Below are positions 6,714-15,776 of a stretch of 32,283 nt of DNA, in pieces (positions within the stretch are counted from its first letter, which is position 1; each line of letters starts with the position of its first letter). The translations under genes and the position numbers were made by a program. Under the pieces are notes generated by a model that saw only the letters and a program-made list of their open reading frames with translations, did no database searches and had not been told where the DNA came from. The DNA is from a virus: positions 1 through 32,283 of IMG/VR virus record IMGVR_UViG_3300009124_000056; one strand, 5' to 3'.

Positions 6714-7093
6714 GCTAAGTCTCCCAAAACTGCCATACCCGCTTGTGAATCATCCTCTGCGGTGGATGACCCATAAGCATACCGCATATCAGCCGCAGTT
6801 GTTGTAAACGTGCCATCTGGCATTACAGCCCTGATAGAGCCAGTGGTGGCATTTCTATTCCCGCAACAGCCTTGCAAGCATAAATAAACTATGTCAGAAA
6901 ATGCGTTTGTAAAATTATGTATTTTATGCCCAGTAGCCGTGTCCGTGATTGAACTGTGATTCAGTGATTTATTAGGCGGATTGGGGCTATCATTGTCTTG
7001 TTCAGAAAATGCTTTTATTCCCGCCTGACCAGTCAGCGTGACAGGACTTGTGCCATCACTTGCTGTAATTGTGTCTGCTCTTAACTCGCTCAT
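6710..7093 (-). CDS. Small fibre-tip / receptor-binding-like protein, paralog 1 (127 aa, ends GDLA)
   Basis: MSELRADTITASDG, IKAFSEQ, SSITDTATGHKIHNFTNAFSDIVYL, then C-terminal LGDLA. Confidence 0.65.
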   Translation of the reverse strand: MSELRADTITASDGTSPVTLTGQAGIKAFSEQDNDSPNPPNKSLNHSSITDTATGHKIHNFTNAFSDIVYLCLQGCCGNRNATTGSIRAVMPDGTFTTTAADMRYAYGSSTAEDDSQAGMAVLGDLA

Positions 7094-8754
7094 GCTATCA
7101 CCAGATTACCGTTAACAGTCACAGTAACTCCCGTTGCTACAGTTAATGGGCCAGCGCACAAAGCATTGTTGTTAGCCGCGATGGTTACATTAGTGTCAAT
7201 CTGGTCTTCATGCACCCTAAAGATGTCGCCTAGACCATTCGTTGTGTCGCCGGTTGCACCGTTCTCACCTTGAAAATAACCAGCACCACCACCAGCAGCC
7301 GCAGCACCAAACGACAGTGTGCCAGCACCATCTGTCTTTAGCACTTGGTCAGCCGTGCCATCAGATGTTGGATACGACAGGCTGGCTATTGTTGCTGTGT
7401 CAGCGTTAATACCGCCGGTAAACCTAGTCGTGCCACTCTCGATAGCCAGTCTCTCACTGCCTTGATAATACAGTGTAGCGGCTTTGGTTGCGCTAGGGCT
7501 TATCTTAAATGTAAGATTGGCGTTGGCCTTGCTTTTAAACTCAATACTATCTGACTTAAACAGTGTGTTGTTTACACCGCTGTCATGTAAAATAGTTAGG
7601 TCAGTGTCATCACCAAACTTGGCTGCGGCATCATCGCTGTAAACAATGTCGCCGGTCATCGTGCCGCCGGTTGTGGTTAGGAAACCAGTGCCAGATACAT
7701 ACGCCGCAACCCAAGCACTGCCAGTATAAACCTTCATAGAGCCGTCTGTGCTATTAAAATATAGCGAACCAGCAACCAACGGGTCGCCATCGTTATCAAC
7801 AGCAGGCTCTGATGCTGTGCTAAAGACGCCAAGGTAACGGTCATCGAAATTATCATACGCCAACAGCGTTGCGTCACGCGCAGCCTCTGCTGCAGTTTGC
7901 GCTGTCTCTGCGCTAGTCTTGGCTGTCTCTGCGCTGGTCTGCGCTGTCTCAGCAGCGGTCTGGGCAGTCTCTGCTGCTGTCTGTGCGTTGCCTGCGCTAG
8001 TGGCAGATGTTGCCGCCGCAGTGGCGCTGTTGGCCGCGTTAGTCTCAGCCGTTTGCACAATTGATAAATCAACAACCAAATCATAGTAGGCGCTGTTGGC
8101 GTTGGTGCTAAGTGGCACTGTGCCGCTTGATGTGTGTGCGTTGTTCACGCGGTAGATGTTAGAGTTGCTGGTATCAACAACCTGATCGCCAACCTCATAA
8201 GCGACACCAGCCGCCCAGTCGCCTTCCCACTCGCCAACGTCAGATGACGCAACCGGGTTGCCGTCAGCGTTAAAGGCCAAAAACTTGCCAGCCCGGTCAG
8301 CCTTGGCTGGCAGTGTCATGTCAACAACGCCGCCATCCTCAACCAACGCCGGGTCATATACTGGCGCTCGCATGCCGCGCTTGTTCTCTTCGGCAACTTG
8401 CTGGTCAAAGATTGTCAGCGCGTCTAGCTGCTCATTGAGGCTCGACGCCAGCAGATCCCCGGCGGTCACAAAGTCAGTGACGCGCTCAATGTCACGCGCA
8501 CCAACTATGATAACCTGATCAGACGCAGTTGGCGTTGACGGCACGTTGGTGCCGGTCACGATTGTAACTGAGCCGGTGCCATTCGCGTTAATGGTGACGG
8601 TAAAGTCTGTGGTCAGTGTCAGCTTGGTGGCGTTAAAATAAACAGCCACGTCGTTTTCATCTAACACCTCAAACGAAAAGGCATACGGCCCAACACCCGC
8701 CGACCCGGTAAACACGACACGTCGCGTCACTGCATTGATATTATAGTCTGCCAT
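7090..8754 (-). CDS. Tail fibre protein (554 aa)
   Basis: It sits directly after the internal virion protein genes (T7 gp17 position). It has a central A/T/Q/E heptad-repeat shaft and a Gly-rich C-terminal part. Confidence 0.75.
   Translation of the reverse strand: MADYNINAVTRRVVFTGSAGVGPYAFSFEVLDENDVAVYFNATKLTLTTDFTVTINANGTGSVTIVTGTNVPSTPTASDQVIIVGARDIERVTDFVTAGDLLASSLNEQLDALTIFDQQVAEENKRGMRAPVYDPALVEDGGVVDMTLPAKADRAGKFLAFNADGNPVASSDVGEWEGDWAAGVAYEVGDQVVDTSNSNIYRVNNAHTSSGTVPLSTNANSAYYDLVVDLSIVQTAETNAANSATAAATSATSAGNAQTAAETAQTAAETAQTSAETAKTSAETAQTAAEAARDATLLAYDNFDDRYLGVFSTASEPAVDNDGDPLVAGSLYFNSTDGSMKVYTGSAWVAAYVSGTGFLTTTGGTMTGDIVYSDDAAAKFGDDTDLTILHDSGVNNTLFKSDSIEFKSKANANLTFKISPSATKAATLYYQGSERLAIESGTTRFTGGINADTATIASLSYPTSDGTADQVLKTDGAGTLSFGAAAAGGGAGYFQGENGATGDTTNGLGDIFRVHEDQIDTNVTIAANNNALCAGPLTVATGVTVTVNGNLVIA
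7882..7986 (-). repeat. Five tandem 21-bp (heptad) repeats inside the tail fibre gene
   Basis: They encode QTAAETA QTAAETA QTSAETA KTSAETA QTAAEAA (aa 257..291). The repeat units are visible in the DNA (GCTGTCTCTGCGCT-type units). Confidence 0.85.
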
Positions 8755-8790
8755 TTAATGCCTCACAGTCTGATGTGAATAATACACTAT

Positions 8791-11673
8791 TTACTTCGCC
8801 GCCTCAATACGGTCAGCCAAATCAGGATATTCCTCTAACAAGCGGAACTTTGCCTCAGACTTGGCTATACGCACAATATCCTTCAGCCTGTACAGCTTGT
8901 CCTCTTTCATTTCATCCTGATAGTCAGGCTTATATATTTCGTTGTTTAGACTATCCAACAATGTCTGGCCGCGCTGATAATCCTCATCGCCGGGCATGTT
9001 GCCCCTAAAGTCCATCTGGTTCATCAGCGTGAGCCAGCGGTTATACTGAGCCGCGTTAAGCAAAATGCCGCCTATCTTTTTGTTTGGCATTGTGACGCCG
9101 TCACCCAATTCCATAAACTCACGGTCAACGTCCTCATACGCGGCGTCCATAATTCTTACCGGGTTAAACCACTCATAGCCAACGCCCCGGCCTTGCTTCA
9201 CAACCTCGCCCCACAGGTTTAACTTAGGCTCAACCTGATCGCTGAAGAATGGATTGCGGCCTTTCGCTTTTTGTAATGCCGAATAGAAACCGCGAAACTC
9301 TGGCGGCATTTGTGTTGGATCTTCGCCAAACAAACCAACCTCTGGCATCATCGGGCTTGTCGCGCCCGGCTCTGCAACGCGCTCCGCCGTGGCAGAGAAT
9401 GATGACACGCTAGGTAGGGCAGACATAACCGCTGTCGTTGCGCGTTCAGTCAGCAATTGCCGGACTAGTTCAAATCTTACAGCCGGGTCTGGGTTAACAA
9501 GCGCCGCAGACAAATCAGACACACCCTGCAAGAATGGCATTTCCATAGAGTAATTGTACAGTGCCAAGCCACTGTGTGCGGCAAGATCTGCTAATTCATC
9601 TGGGTTATCTGAATACTGAGCATAAAAACCAAAGTCAGCCGCCATAGCCAGCATTCCAGAAATAGGATCAAAGCGGGAATAGGTAATGCTTTTGTATTCG
9701 CCGTTGGCCTGTTTGATGTTAATTGAGAACGGCTGTATTTTCATACGTTGCATAGCCTGACGCGCCTCTGGGTCAGTGGGGCCAGAGCCTGTAATAATGA
9801 CGCTCTTATCCGGGCTATCAAGCCCCATAGCCGTGTAGGCAAACAGGGACATAATCCCGGTGCCAGTAGCCACACGCGCCAATGCCAAGTCACCTTCCCG
9901 GCCACCCTTGTTGATGGCGGTGTAAAATGCGTGACCGGCGGCAAATGGTGTGCGCCGGAATGTTTCCTTCATAATATTGACTGGCGTCTTAAAGAACGGC
10001 ACACCGAATATTTTGGTGAGTGGGTGAGACATGAACCCTTCCATACCACCAGTAAACTTTCCAAGGTCACCCTGAAACGTCAATTCCTTTGCCGCCTCAG
10101 TAGCTTTCATCTTTATTGGCTTTGGCGGGTTGGCTATCACTTGCGCTTCGGCTTCGGCTTGTGCAATGCGCGCCTCATCGACAGAGCCGCCGCGCCGGAT
10201 AACGGCGTCATACATTGACGCGCCTTGTTGCAGTGCCTGCTTTCTGACAGATGCGCGGTATGCAATGCCCTTAAAAAACTCATCCTCTGCCATTAAGAAC
10301 CTAAAGCCCATACGATTGTAAATGCCAAACGTATTGACCATAGCCGCGCCAAAGTTGCCTTGGCGGTACATGTTGAACACCTCGCCAAAGTCGTCAGTAG
10401 TGCCAATGGCGCGTCTGTTTCTTACGTCAATCTTTGTGCCGCGTGACGCCTCGCCAGTCACAAATGTTTTTCCGGCCACTAGTGTCGCGTCTTTAAATCC
10501 GCTGAATAGGCTGCCTAGCTGTATCAGCCCCTCGCGTACATGCGCCCGGTCTGTGTTGCCAGTAATGGCTGATCGTGCCAAACCAATGCCGCCAGCCACA
10601 GTTTCCTCAACACCTTTTTGGATCATAAACGCGCTGTTGCCTGCAATGTTTACGGCGTGTGTCACGGGGCCAGTCAGGATTGAATTAAGAAAACTCTCAG
10701 CCACAAAATCCGCTGGCTTGTTCCACCAGCTTGACTGCACAAAGCGACCCCTAGCGGCGTCATCTGGCAGTGCGTCATACGCATCAAAGTAGCGCTCATA
10801 ATCCATAATCTTGCCCTGCTCAATCAGGGACATCAGCGCGTCTTCGCGACCATACATAGGCAAGCCAAGGTTTTGCGCCTCACGCGCCGCAAACAATAGA
10901 CGGCCGCCCTCAGAGACAGCGCCAGATATGTTGGCATACAAACGCGCCTCGCCTTGCACTAGCTTTGCCGCCATTTCAAATTGCTGACGCCGGGCCTCTG
11001 GGTCTTCGTTTTCACGCGCTGTCTTGACCAGCGCCTTGATGCGCTTGTTTAACATCTTGGCACCCATCAACCCGGCAAGCACATCTTCGGCCACGGCTGG
11101 GTCACCGGGCTTGCGCTTCATAAAGTCAATGACCAAATTGTCTATGCCGTTTTTAGCGGCCATTGCCAGCAGGTTGTCGTATGAGATAGTTCCGCGTCTG
11201 GCTTTTTCAAATAGCGCCGCGTTGTCGTCTTTAATTTTTTGCAGATAGTCGGCCAGATCTAATTCGCCTGCGGCCTCTGCTATTCGGGGGAAGTTCAGCC
11301 CCTTGGTGTATTCCTCAGTGACGCCAAGGTCAGATGCAAACTCAGTCTCTTCCTCTGGGCTTGCCTTGCGAATTACGGTTTCCTCGCCCACAGGCTCAAC
11401 AATCTCTGCTGGGGCTTTGTCTGTTACTCTGGCTTCGGCCTCGCGTGTTGCCTTCTGCAAGGCTTTAGCGCCGCCAATAAACACATCCTTTAGGCCAGCC
11501 ACTTGCACAGGCTCACCAACGGCAATGACATCAGACGGCTCTGACAGCGTTTGCTGCGGGGCTTCATCAACAATCGGCTCTTCTGGCGGCTGCTCAAACT
11601 TTATCTGTTGCAAGTCACGCTGCGCGTTTTCTTGATCTAGCAGATCGTCTAAGCCTCTTGGTGGTCTAGCCAT
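8791..11673 (-). CDS. Large internal virion / ejection protein (960 aa, T7 gp16 position)
   Basis: Assigned by size and synteny, as the last of four genes between tubular protein B and the fibre. I recognise no catalytic motif. Confidence 0.6.
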   Translation of the reverse strand: MARPPRGLDDLLDQENAQRDLQQIKFEQPPEEPIVDEAPQQTLSEPSDVIAVGEPVQVAGLKDVFIGGAKALQKATREAEARVTDKAPAEIVEPVGEETVIRKASPEEETEFASDLGVTEEYTKGLNFPRIAEAAGELDLADYLQKIKDDNAALFEKARRGTISYDNLLAMAAKNGIDNLVIDFMKRKPGDPAVAEDVLAGLMGAKMLNKRIKALVKTARENEDPEARRQQFEMAAKLVQGEARLYANISGAVSEGGRLLFAAREAQNLGLPMYGREDALMSLIEQGKIMDYERYFDAYDALPDDAARGRFVQSSWWNKPADFVAESFLNSILTGPVTHAVNIAGNSAFMIQKGVEETVAGGIGLARSAITGNTDRAHVREGLIQLGSLFSGFKDATLVAGKTFVTGEASRGTKIDVRNRRAIGTTDDFGEVFNMYRQGNFGAAMVNTFGIYNRMGFRFLMAEDEFFKGIAYRASVRKQALQQGASMYDAVIRRGGSVDEARIAQAEAEAQVIANPPKPIKMKATEAAKELTFQGDLGKFTGGMEGFMSHPLTKIFGVPFFKTPVNIMKETFRRTPFAAGHAFYTAINKGGREGDLALARVATGTGIMSLFAYTAMGLDSPDKSVIITGSGPTDPEARQAMQRMKIQPFSINIKQANGEYKSITYSRFDPISGMLAMAADFGFYAQYSDNPDELADLAAHSGLALYNYSMEMPFLQGVSDLSAALVNPDPAVRFELVRQLLTERATTAVMSALPSVSSFSATAERVAEPGATSPMMPEVGLFGEDPTQMPPEFRGFYSALQKAKGRNPFFSDQVEPKLNLWGEVVKQGRGVGYEWFNPVRIMDAAYEDVDREFMELGDGVTMPNKKIGGILLNAAQYNRWLTLMNQMDFRGNMPGDEDYQRGQTLLDSLNNEIYKPDYQDEMKEDKLYRLKDIVRIAKSEAKFRLLEEYPDLADRIEAAK

Positions 11674-13499
11674 TACATTTCCTCGCCGTCTTGATCATCT
11701 ATTGTTGCGCCTGTGTCTAATAAAGTTAGGCCGCCAAGAGACAATAGCGGTATCTTACCAGAGAAGAAATCAACAAACACTTCTTCTTTTGGTCTGTTAA
11801 GCGCCTGCGCCGTCACGTCAATACGCTCCTCAATAATGTCAATTATTGTCTTTGGCTCACTTACAAGGCCAGTCCTTTCGCCTTGCGTAAACCAATGTAA
11901 TGCTTGAGCCTCGGCTGGGGTAATGCCTAATTTTTCTGCTGTCATTTTGTACAAGTCTGAAATAACAGCATATTCTGTTTGTTTGCTTACGCCATCAATT
12001 TTCTGGCTTGCCAAACTTCCCGGCAAAGTATCTTTTTCTGGTTTTAATTCAGCCGGGTTTTTCTTATACGCCTCATAAAGTTTGTTTTGTTTTTGAATAG
12101 TATCGCCAAACCATTCCTTTGGGATACTGCCCGGCTCAGCTTTATTTAAAGCATCTAATACACCGCGAATGGCGTGTGTGTCTGCCGTTACACCCTGCAA
12201 GTTACCGGCAACATTTTCAGCAAATGTGGCTGGCTTTGGGTTTGTATCAAAGTCAATTCCGCCAGCCCTTACCGCGTCAATAAGTTTTGCGTGAATGCCG
12301 CCGGGGTTAACCATCATTGGATAACCAGCCTCACTAACGCCGCCTGTTCCGGGGCCGACAATATCCCTGTAATCAATCCCGCGACTTTCTTTTGCAGACA
12401 CTACAGAGGCAACCCTGAGATTTTCTTCTGTTGGTTTTCTTGGGCTGGTTGCCGCGTAATTTAAAGCAAACTTTTTAAGCTGGTTTCTTGCAATATCTTC
12501 TGGAACGCCAAGTTCTTTGGCTTTATCAATTAATGGGCCAGTGTGATAAAAATACCTAACCTTTGAACCAAGATGCGGCCTAATGTTCTTTGCCATTTGG
12601 TCTGTAATTTTGTCAGCTTTCTCAACTAAAACAGCCGCTCTATTTCCCTTTGGCAAAGCCTTGCCCTCTGGGGCGCGAGGCACTGGCGTTTCTTTTTGCT
12701 CAAGAATTGTGCGTTCATAACCCTCTGGGGTTGCGTCAAATAGTGGGTTTTGCCCAGATGGTTGTATTCTTTTGTCTGGCGAAAGTTCCATTTGTTTTGC
12801 TTTGATGTTTAATATATTTACCAAATCATCTGGCGTTTTAGATGGTGTCTTTTTTGACATAGCCACAATAGCCTCATCAATCGGTGCCATAGGATCAACG
12901 CCCATACCAAGCGTAACGCCCTCACCGCGCTCTGCTATACGCGCTGGCGCACCCTCTGCCACGGCCTTGCCTGCGGCTGCAACGCCCTTGCCAGTAGCTA
13001 CAGCGCCTTGACCAAGGCCAAAGAAACTGCCAACCTCTGCGCCTTGCATAAGGCCCTGCTTAACATCCTCTGGAATACCGGCCTTAGTAGCCATATCATC
13101 TAGGAAACCCAGCGTTGCGCCGGAGCCAAACTTGTTCGATACCTCTTCAACTTGCTGAATAAACGCATCAAGCCTGCCCTGATCTGCGTCAGGGAATGCG
13201 GCCTTATACAGACCAGTCGCCAATGCGGCAATGTCACCCGGCGCACCAACGACACCGGCAACCTTGCCCGGCCCAAAGCCAGCCATAGTGCCGCCAATCT
13301 CCGCCTCAGTCACTGGCGCACCAGCCGCCTCAGACATAGCGTAAATATCACGATAACCAGCCGGGCCTACATCGGCGCTGTCTTCCATAAATTCTTGCAG
13401 TCTGGAATAGCGCATTCCCGTTTCGTCTTCGGCCACCTCAATGGGTGCGCCCGACTGATGAAAACCAATGGATGTGCCTATTTCTTTGCTTATATCCAT
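11673..13499 (-). CDS. Internal virion protein (608 aa)
   Basis: Assigned by synteny. It has a Gly/Ala-rich N-terminal third, and start and stop overlaps with its neighbours (ATGA-type). Confidence 0.55.
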   Translation of the reverse strand: MDISKEIGTSIGFHQSGAPIEVAEDETGMRYSRLQEFMEDSADVGPAGYRDIYAMSEAAGAPVTEAEIGGTMAGFGPGKVAGVVGAPGDIAALATGLYKAAFPDADQGRLDAFIQQVEEVSNKFGSGATLGFLDDMATKAGIPEDVKQGLMQGAEVGSFFGLGQGAVATGKGVAAAGKAVAEGAPARIAERGEGVTLGMGVDPMAPIDEAIVAMSKKTPSKTPDDLVNILNIKAKQMELSPDKRIQPSGQNPLFDATPEGYERTILEQKETPVPRAPEGKALPKGNRAAVLVEKADKITDQMAKNIRPHLGSKVRYFYHTGPLIDKAKELGVPEDIARNQLKKFALNYAATSPRKPTEENLRVASVVSAKESRGIDYRDIVGPGTGGVSEAGYPMMVNPGGIHAKLIDAVRAGGIDFDTNPKPATFAENVAGNLQGVTADTHAIRGVLDALNKAEPGSIPKEWFGDTIQKQNKLYEAYKKNPAELKPEKDTLPGSLASQKIDGVSKQTEYAVISDLYKMTAEKLGITPAEAQALHWFTQGERTGLVSEPKTIIDIIEERIDVTAQALNRPKEEVFVDFFSGKIPLLSLGGLTLLDTGATIDDQDGEEM

Positions 13500-15217
13500 T
13501 ACTGGCCTCGCAATTCTTGTAGTTCTCTTGCGTCACTTAGCAACTCAGCAAGCGCTTCCATATCTGTGCCGGGTGAGAAAAAGCCACCCTTTTCAGGATT
13601 GGCTTGTAGCCTTTGCGCCTCTGCAATCAATTCATCTAAATCAACAATGTTTTTACCAAAGAATGATTTCGATGCTTTGCCGACAGTTCTGGTCAAAGTT
13701 GTAATTGAGGCCTGTTTTTCTGGGTTTACTGTCGGGTCTGTCTTTTCTTTTGCTATGATATCATTTGCAAATTGTATCGGATCAAATTCTGGGTCTTTGT
13801 CCATTTTTAAAATCATATCACTGCGATGCTTGGCAAACTGCCGCAAATTTTCTGGTGCCTTACCATACTTGCCACGCGCCAACAATTCCGGCCTGCCGTA
13901 AAAATCACTCAACACATCAACAGCAGAATTAAAGCGCTTGTCCATTTGCGCTCGTAAATCACCCATCAGACTGTCCATTGTCCCAGCAGTAATTTCACGA
14001 TCTGTAAATGCGTCAAGAATGTCTGTGTCGGTAAGTTCGCGGCGCATAGCCAGTGTGTTTAGTTCAGCCACGCGGTCAGCATTATCAATGCCGCCCTCTG
14101 TTTCCATTACCTTAAAAAACTTGGCCGCTTTTTCCGGCTCAAATTTTTGCAATTGCTCAACTAGCGGCGTTGCCGACTCAAAGTCTCTGTTTCTAATTGC
14201 CTTGTAAATATTAGGCAGCAAGACGTCGACCTTGTCCTTTACCCGGCGGTCATCGGCGCTGTCTTGTGCGCTTTCCAAAGACAGTAATTCTTTTGCGCCA
14301 TCAATATATGTTTTGCGGAAAAGTGCCTTTTCTTCATCACTCAGTGTTGAATACAAAACATTATAGCGATCACCAAAGTTGCCTGCCAAAGCCTGACGCC
14401 CATTGCCGGGCTTGTTTGCAAAATCCAACAACACGCCAATTTTAGCTTTGGATAGTTCCTCTTGTACTTCTTCTGACTTTTTTAAAGCGTATGTTTTGTC
14501 GCCAGTGTTAATTGCAAAATCAACATACTCGGCACCCTTTTGAGCGAGGCGCAACAGTATGTCACCTGTGTCAGCGTCACTCTCTATGTCTTGCAAAATG
14601 CCTTTAAATTTGTTTGGCATCTCAGCCAAAGCCATATCGGCTCTTGCAATTTTTTGCGTTTGAATAATTTTCAATTTATTTTGCAACGCTGACTTGTAAA
14701 CAGCGGACGCGCTTGTATTGGCACTGGCGTTGTATTTTAAAGCCTGCCCCGGATCAATGCCGGCAATAAGATCAGTGTGACCATCAATCATAGCCCTCAT
14801 GTCTTGCTGCATTTTTGGTATGTCTATATCCATACCAGCGTCAATCATAGCTGAGTAACTTGACGTCGCTTTGTCGGCTTCCATCTGCAATTCAGTCGTC
14901 AATTGCTGTGCCGCAGTCGCAGTCGTCACCGCGCCGAATACTGTGTCTGGATCGCCGACAATCTCATCTAAGTCGCGGCCTTGCGATATGGCGTCTTGTA
15001 TCTGTTCAGCCGTCACCGGGTTTTCAAATGCGTACTTGGCCGCCTCGCGCTCAGTTTGCTTGACCGCTTTTTTGTAGGCGTATTCGCTCATCGCATTAAG
15101 AGCATTGCCTATAGCGTCATAACTACGCGCTCTGGCGTTGGCCGCAGTCGTAAAGTCAACACCCGGCACTGACGGTATGGCTGCGCCTAATGGGCGATAT
15201 CTTAAATCTTTTGCCAT
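13499..15217 (-). CDS. Internal virion protein (572 aa, T7 gp15 position)
   Basis: Assigned by synteny. The sequence is highly helical and charged. Confidence 0.55.
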   Translation of the reverse strand: MAKDLRYRPLGAAIPSVPGVDFTTAANARARSYDAIGNALNAMSEYAYKKAVKQTEREAAKYAFENPVTAEQIQDAISQGRDLDEIVGDPDTVFGAVTTATAAQQLTTELQMEADKATSSYSAMIDAGMDIDIPKMQQDMRAMIDGHTDLIAGIDPGQALKYNASANTSASAVYKSALQNKLKIIQTQKIARADMALAEMPNKFKGILQDIESDADTGDILLRLAQKGAEYVDFAINTGDKTYALKKSEEVQEELSKAKIGVLLDFANKPGNGRQALAGNFGDRYNVLYSTLSDEEKALFRKTYIDGAKELLSLESAQDSADDRRVKDKVDVLLPNIYKAIRNRDFESATPLVEQLQKFEPEKAAKFFKVMETEGGIDNADRVAELNTLAMRRELTDTDILDAFTDREITAGTMDSLMGDLRAQMDKRFNSAVDVLSDFYGRPELLARGKYGKAPENLRQFAKHRSDMILKMDKDPEFDPIQFANDIIAKEKTDPTVNPEKQASITTLTRTVGKASKSFFGKNIVDLDELIAEAQRLQANPEKGGFFSPGTDMEALAELLSDARELQELRGQ

Positions 15218-15226
15218 CTAACAACT

Positions 15227-15775
15227 CTATCTAAATGTAGGGCCATATCCAAATGTACTTCCCGGTGCGCCTCCGCCCATTGTGGTGTGAGTTGGCGATG
15301 CAGCCGTACCACCGCCAGCAGGCGCACTACCCATTGCTGCATAACCAACGGCAAACTGTGTCAGGGTGCCAAGCGCCTGCATTCTGCCAGCGGCCATAGT
15401 AGACTTTGCCGCAGACGCATACTGATGCGCTTGTATATCGCCCATAGCCAGTTGAATGGTGCCGCCGTCAGCGGTGTTGTAAAACTCTAACGCGCCTTTT
15501 CTCTCAGCTAGTATAGACAATGTACGCGCACTGCCGCTGGATGGGTCAATGTTGCCAGCGCCAGCACGGCTATTAATAGCCGCCTGATGCGCGTTGATGT
15601 TTTCCAAAACAGCCACGCCCTGTTGTTTAAATTTTAAAGCCTCAGAACGCGCCTGCACTTGTGCCATAGCGCCCTGCATCATCAGCCCCTTGGCAGACGC
15701 CTGTGCAGACTTTAGCTGTGAATACATTGTTAAAGCGGTTAACCCTGCCGCTATTGGTAATGCCGCTGCGCCCAT
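15227..15775 (-). CDS. Small internal virion protein (182 aa, Ala/Gly-rich, hydrophobic N-terminus)
   Basis: MGAAALPIAAGLTALTM N-terminus and Gly-rich C-terminus. It sits directly after tubular protein B (T7 gp13/14 position). Confidence 0.55.
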   Translation of the reverse strand: MGAAALPIAAGLTALTMYSQLKSAQASAKGLMMQGAMAQVQARSEALKFKQQGVAVLENINAHQAAINSRAGAGNIDPSSGSARTLSILAERKGALEFYNTADGGTIQLAMGDIQAHQYASAAKSTMAAGRMQALGTLTQFAVGYAAMGSAPAGGGTAASPTHTTMGGGAPGSTFGYGPTFR

Positions 15776-15776
15776 C

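Noticed and set aside
7734-8084. 116-aa same-strand alternative-frame ORF in the tail fibre gene
   Set aside because: It is produced by the 21-bp tandem repeats (QRQ/RLP low-complexity translation) and is an artefact of repeat periodicity.
8791-11673. The 960-aa ORF as a candidate phage RNA polymerase, prompted by the T7-like promoter core at 28210..28222
   Set aside because: I could find no single-subunit RNAP motifs by eye (no palm motif A/C-like D..G or HDS-type signatures). Its position and composition fit a gp16-type internal virion protein.
13152-13901. 249-aa plus-strand ORF, the longest antisense ORF in the window
   Set aside because: It lies antisense across the junction of two tightly coupled virion genes. 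Its translation is Ser/Cys/Arg/Leu-rich and junk-like, with no RBS context. The minus-strand genes here have clear synteny support.
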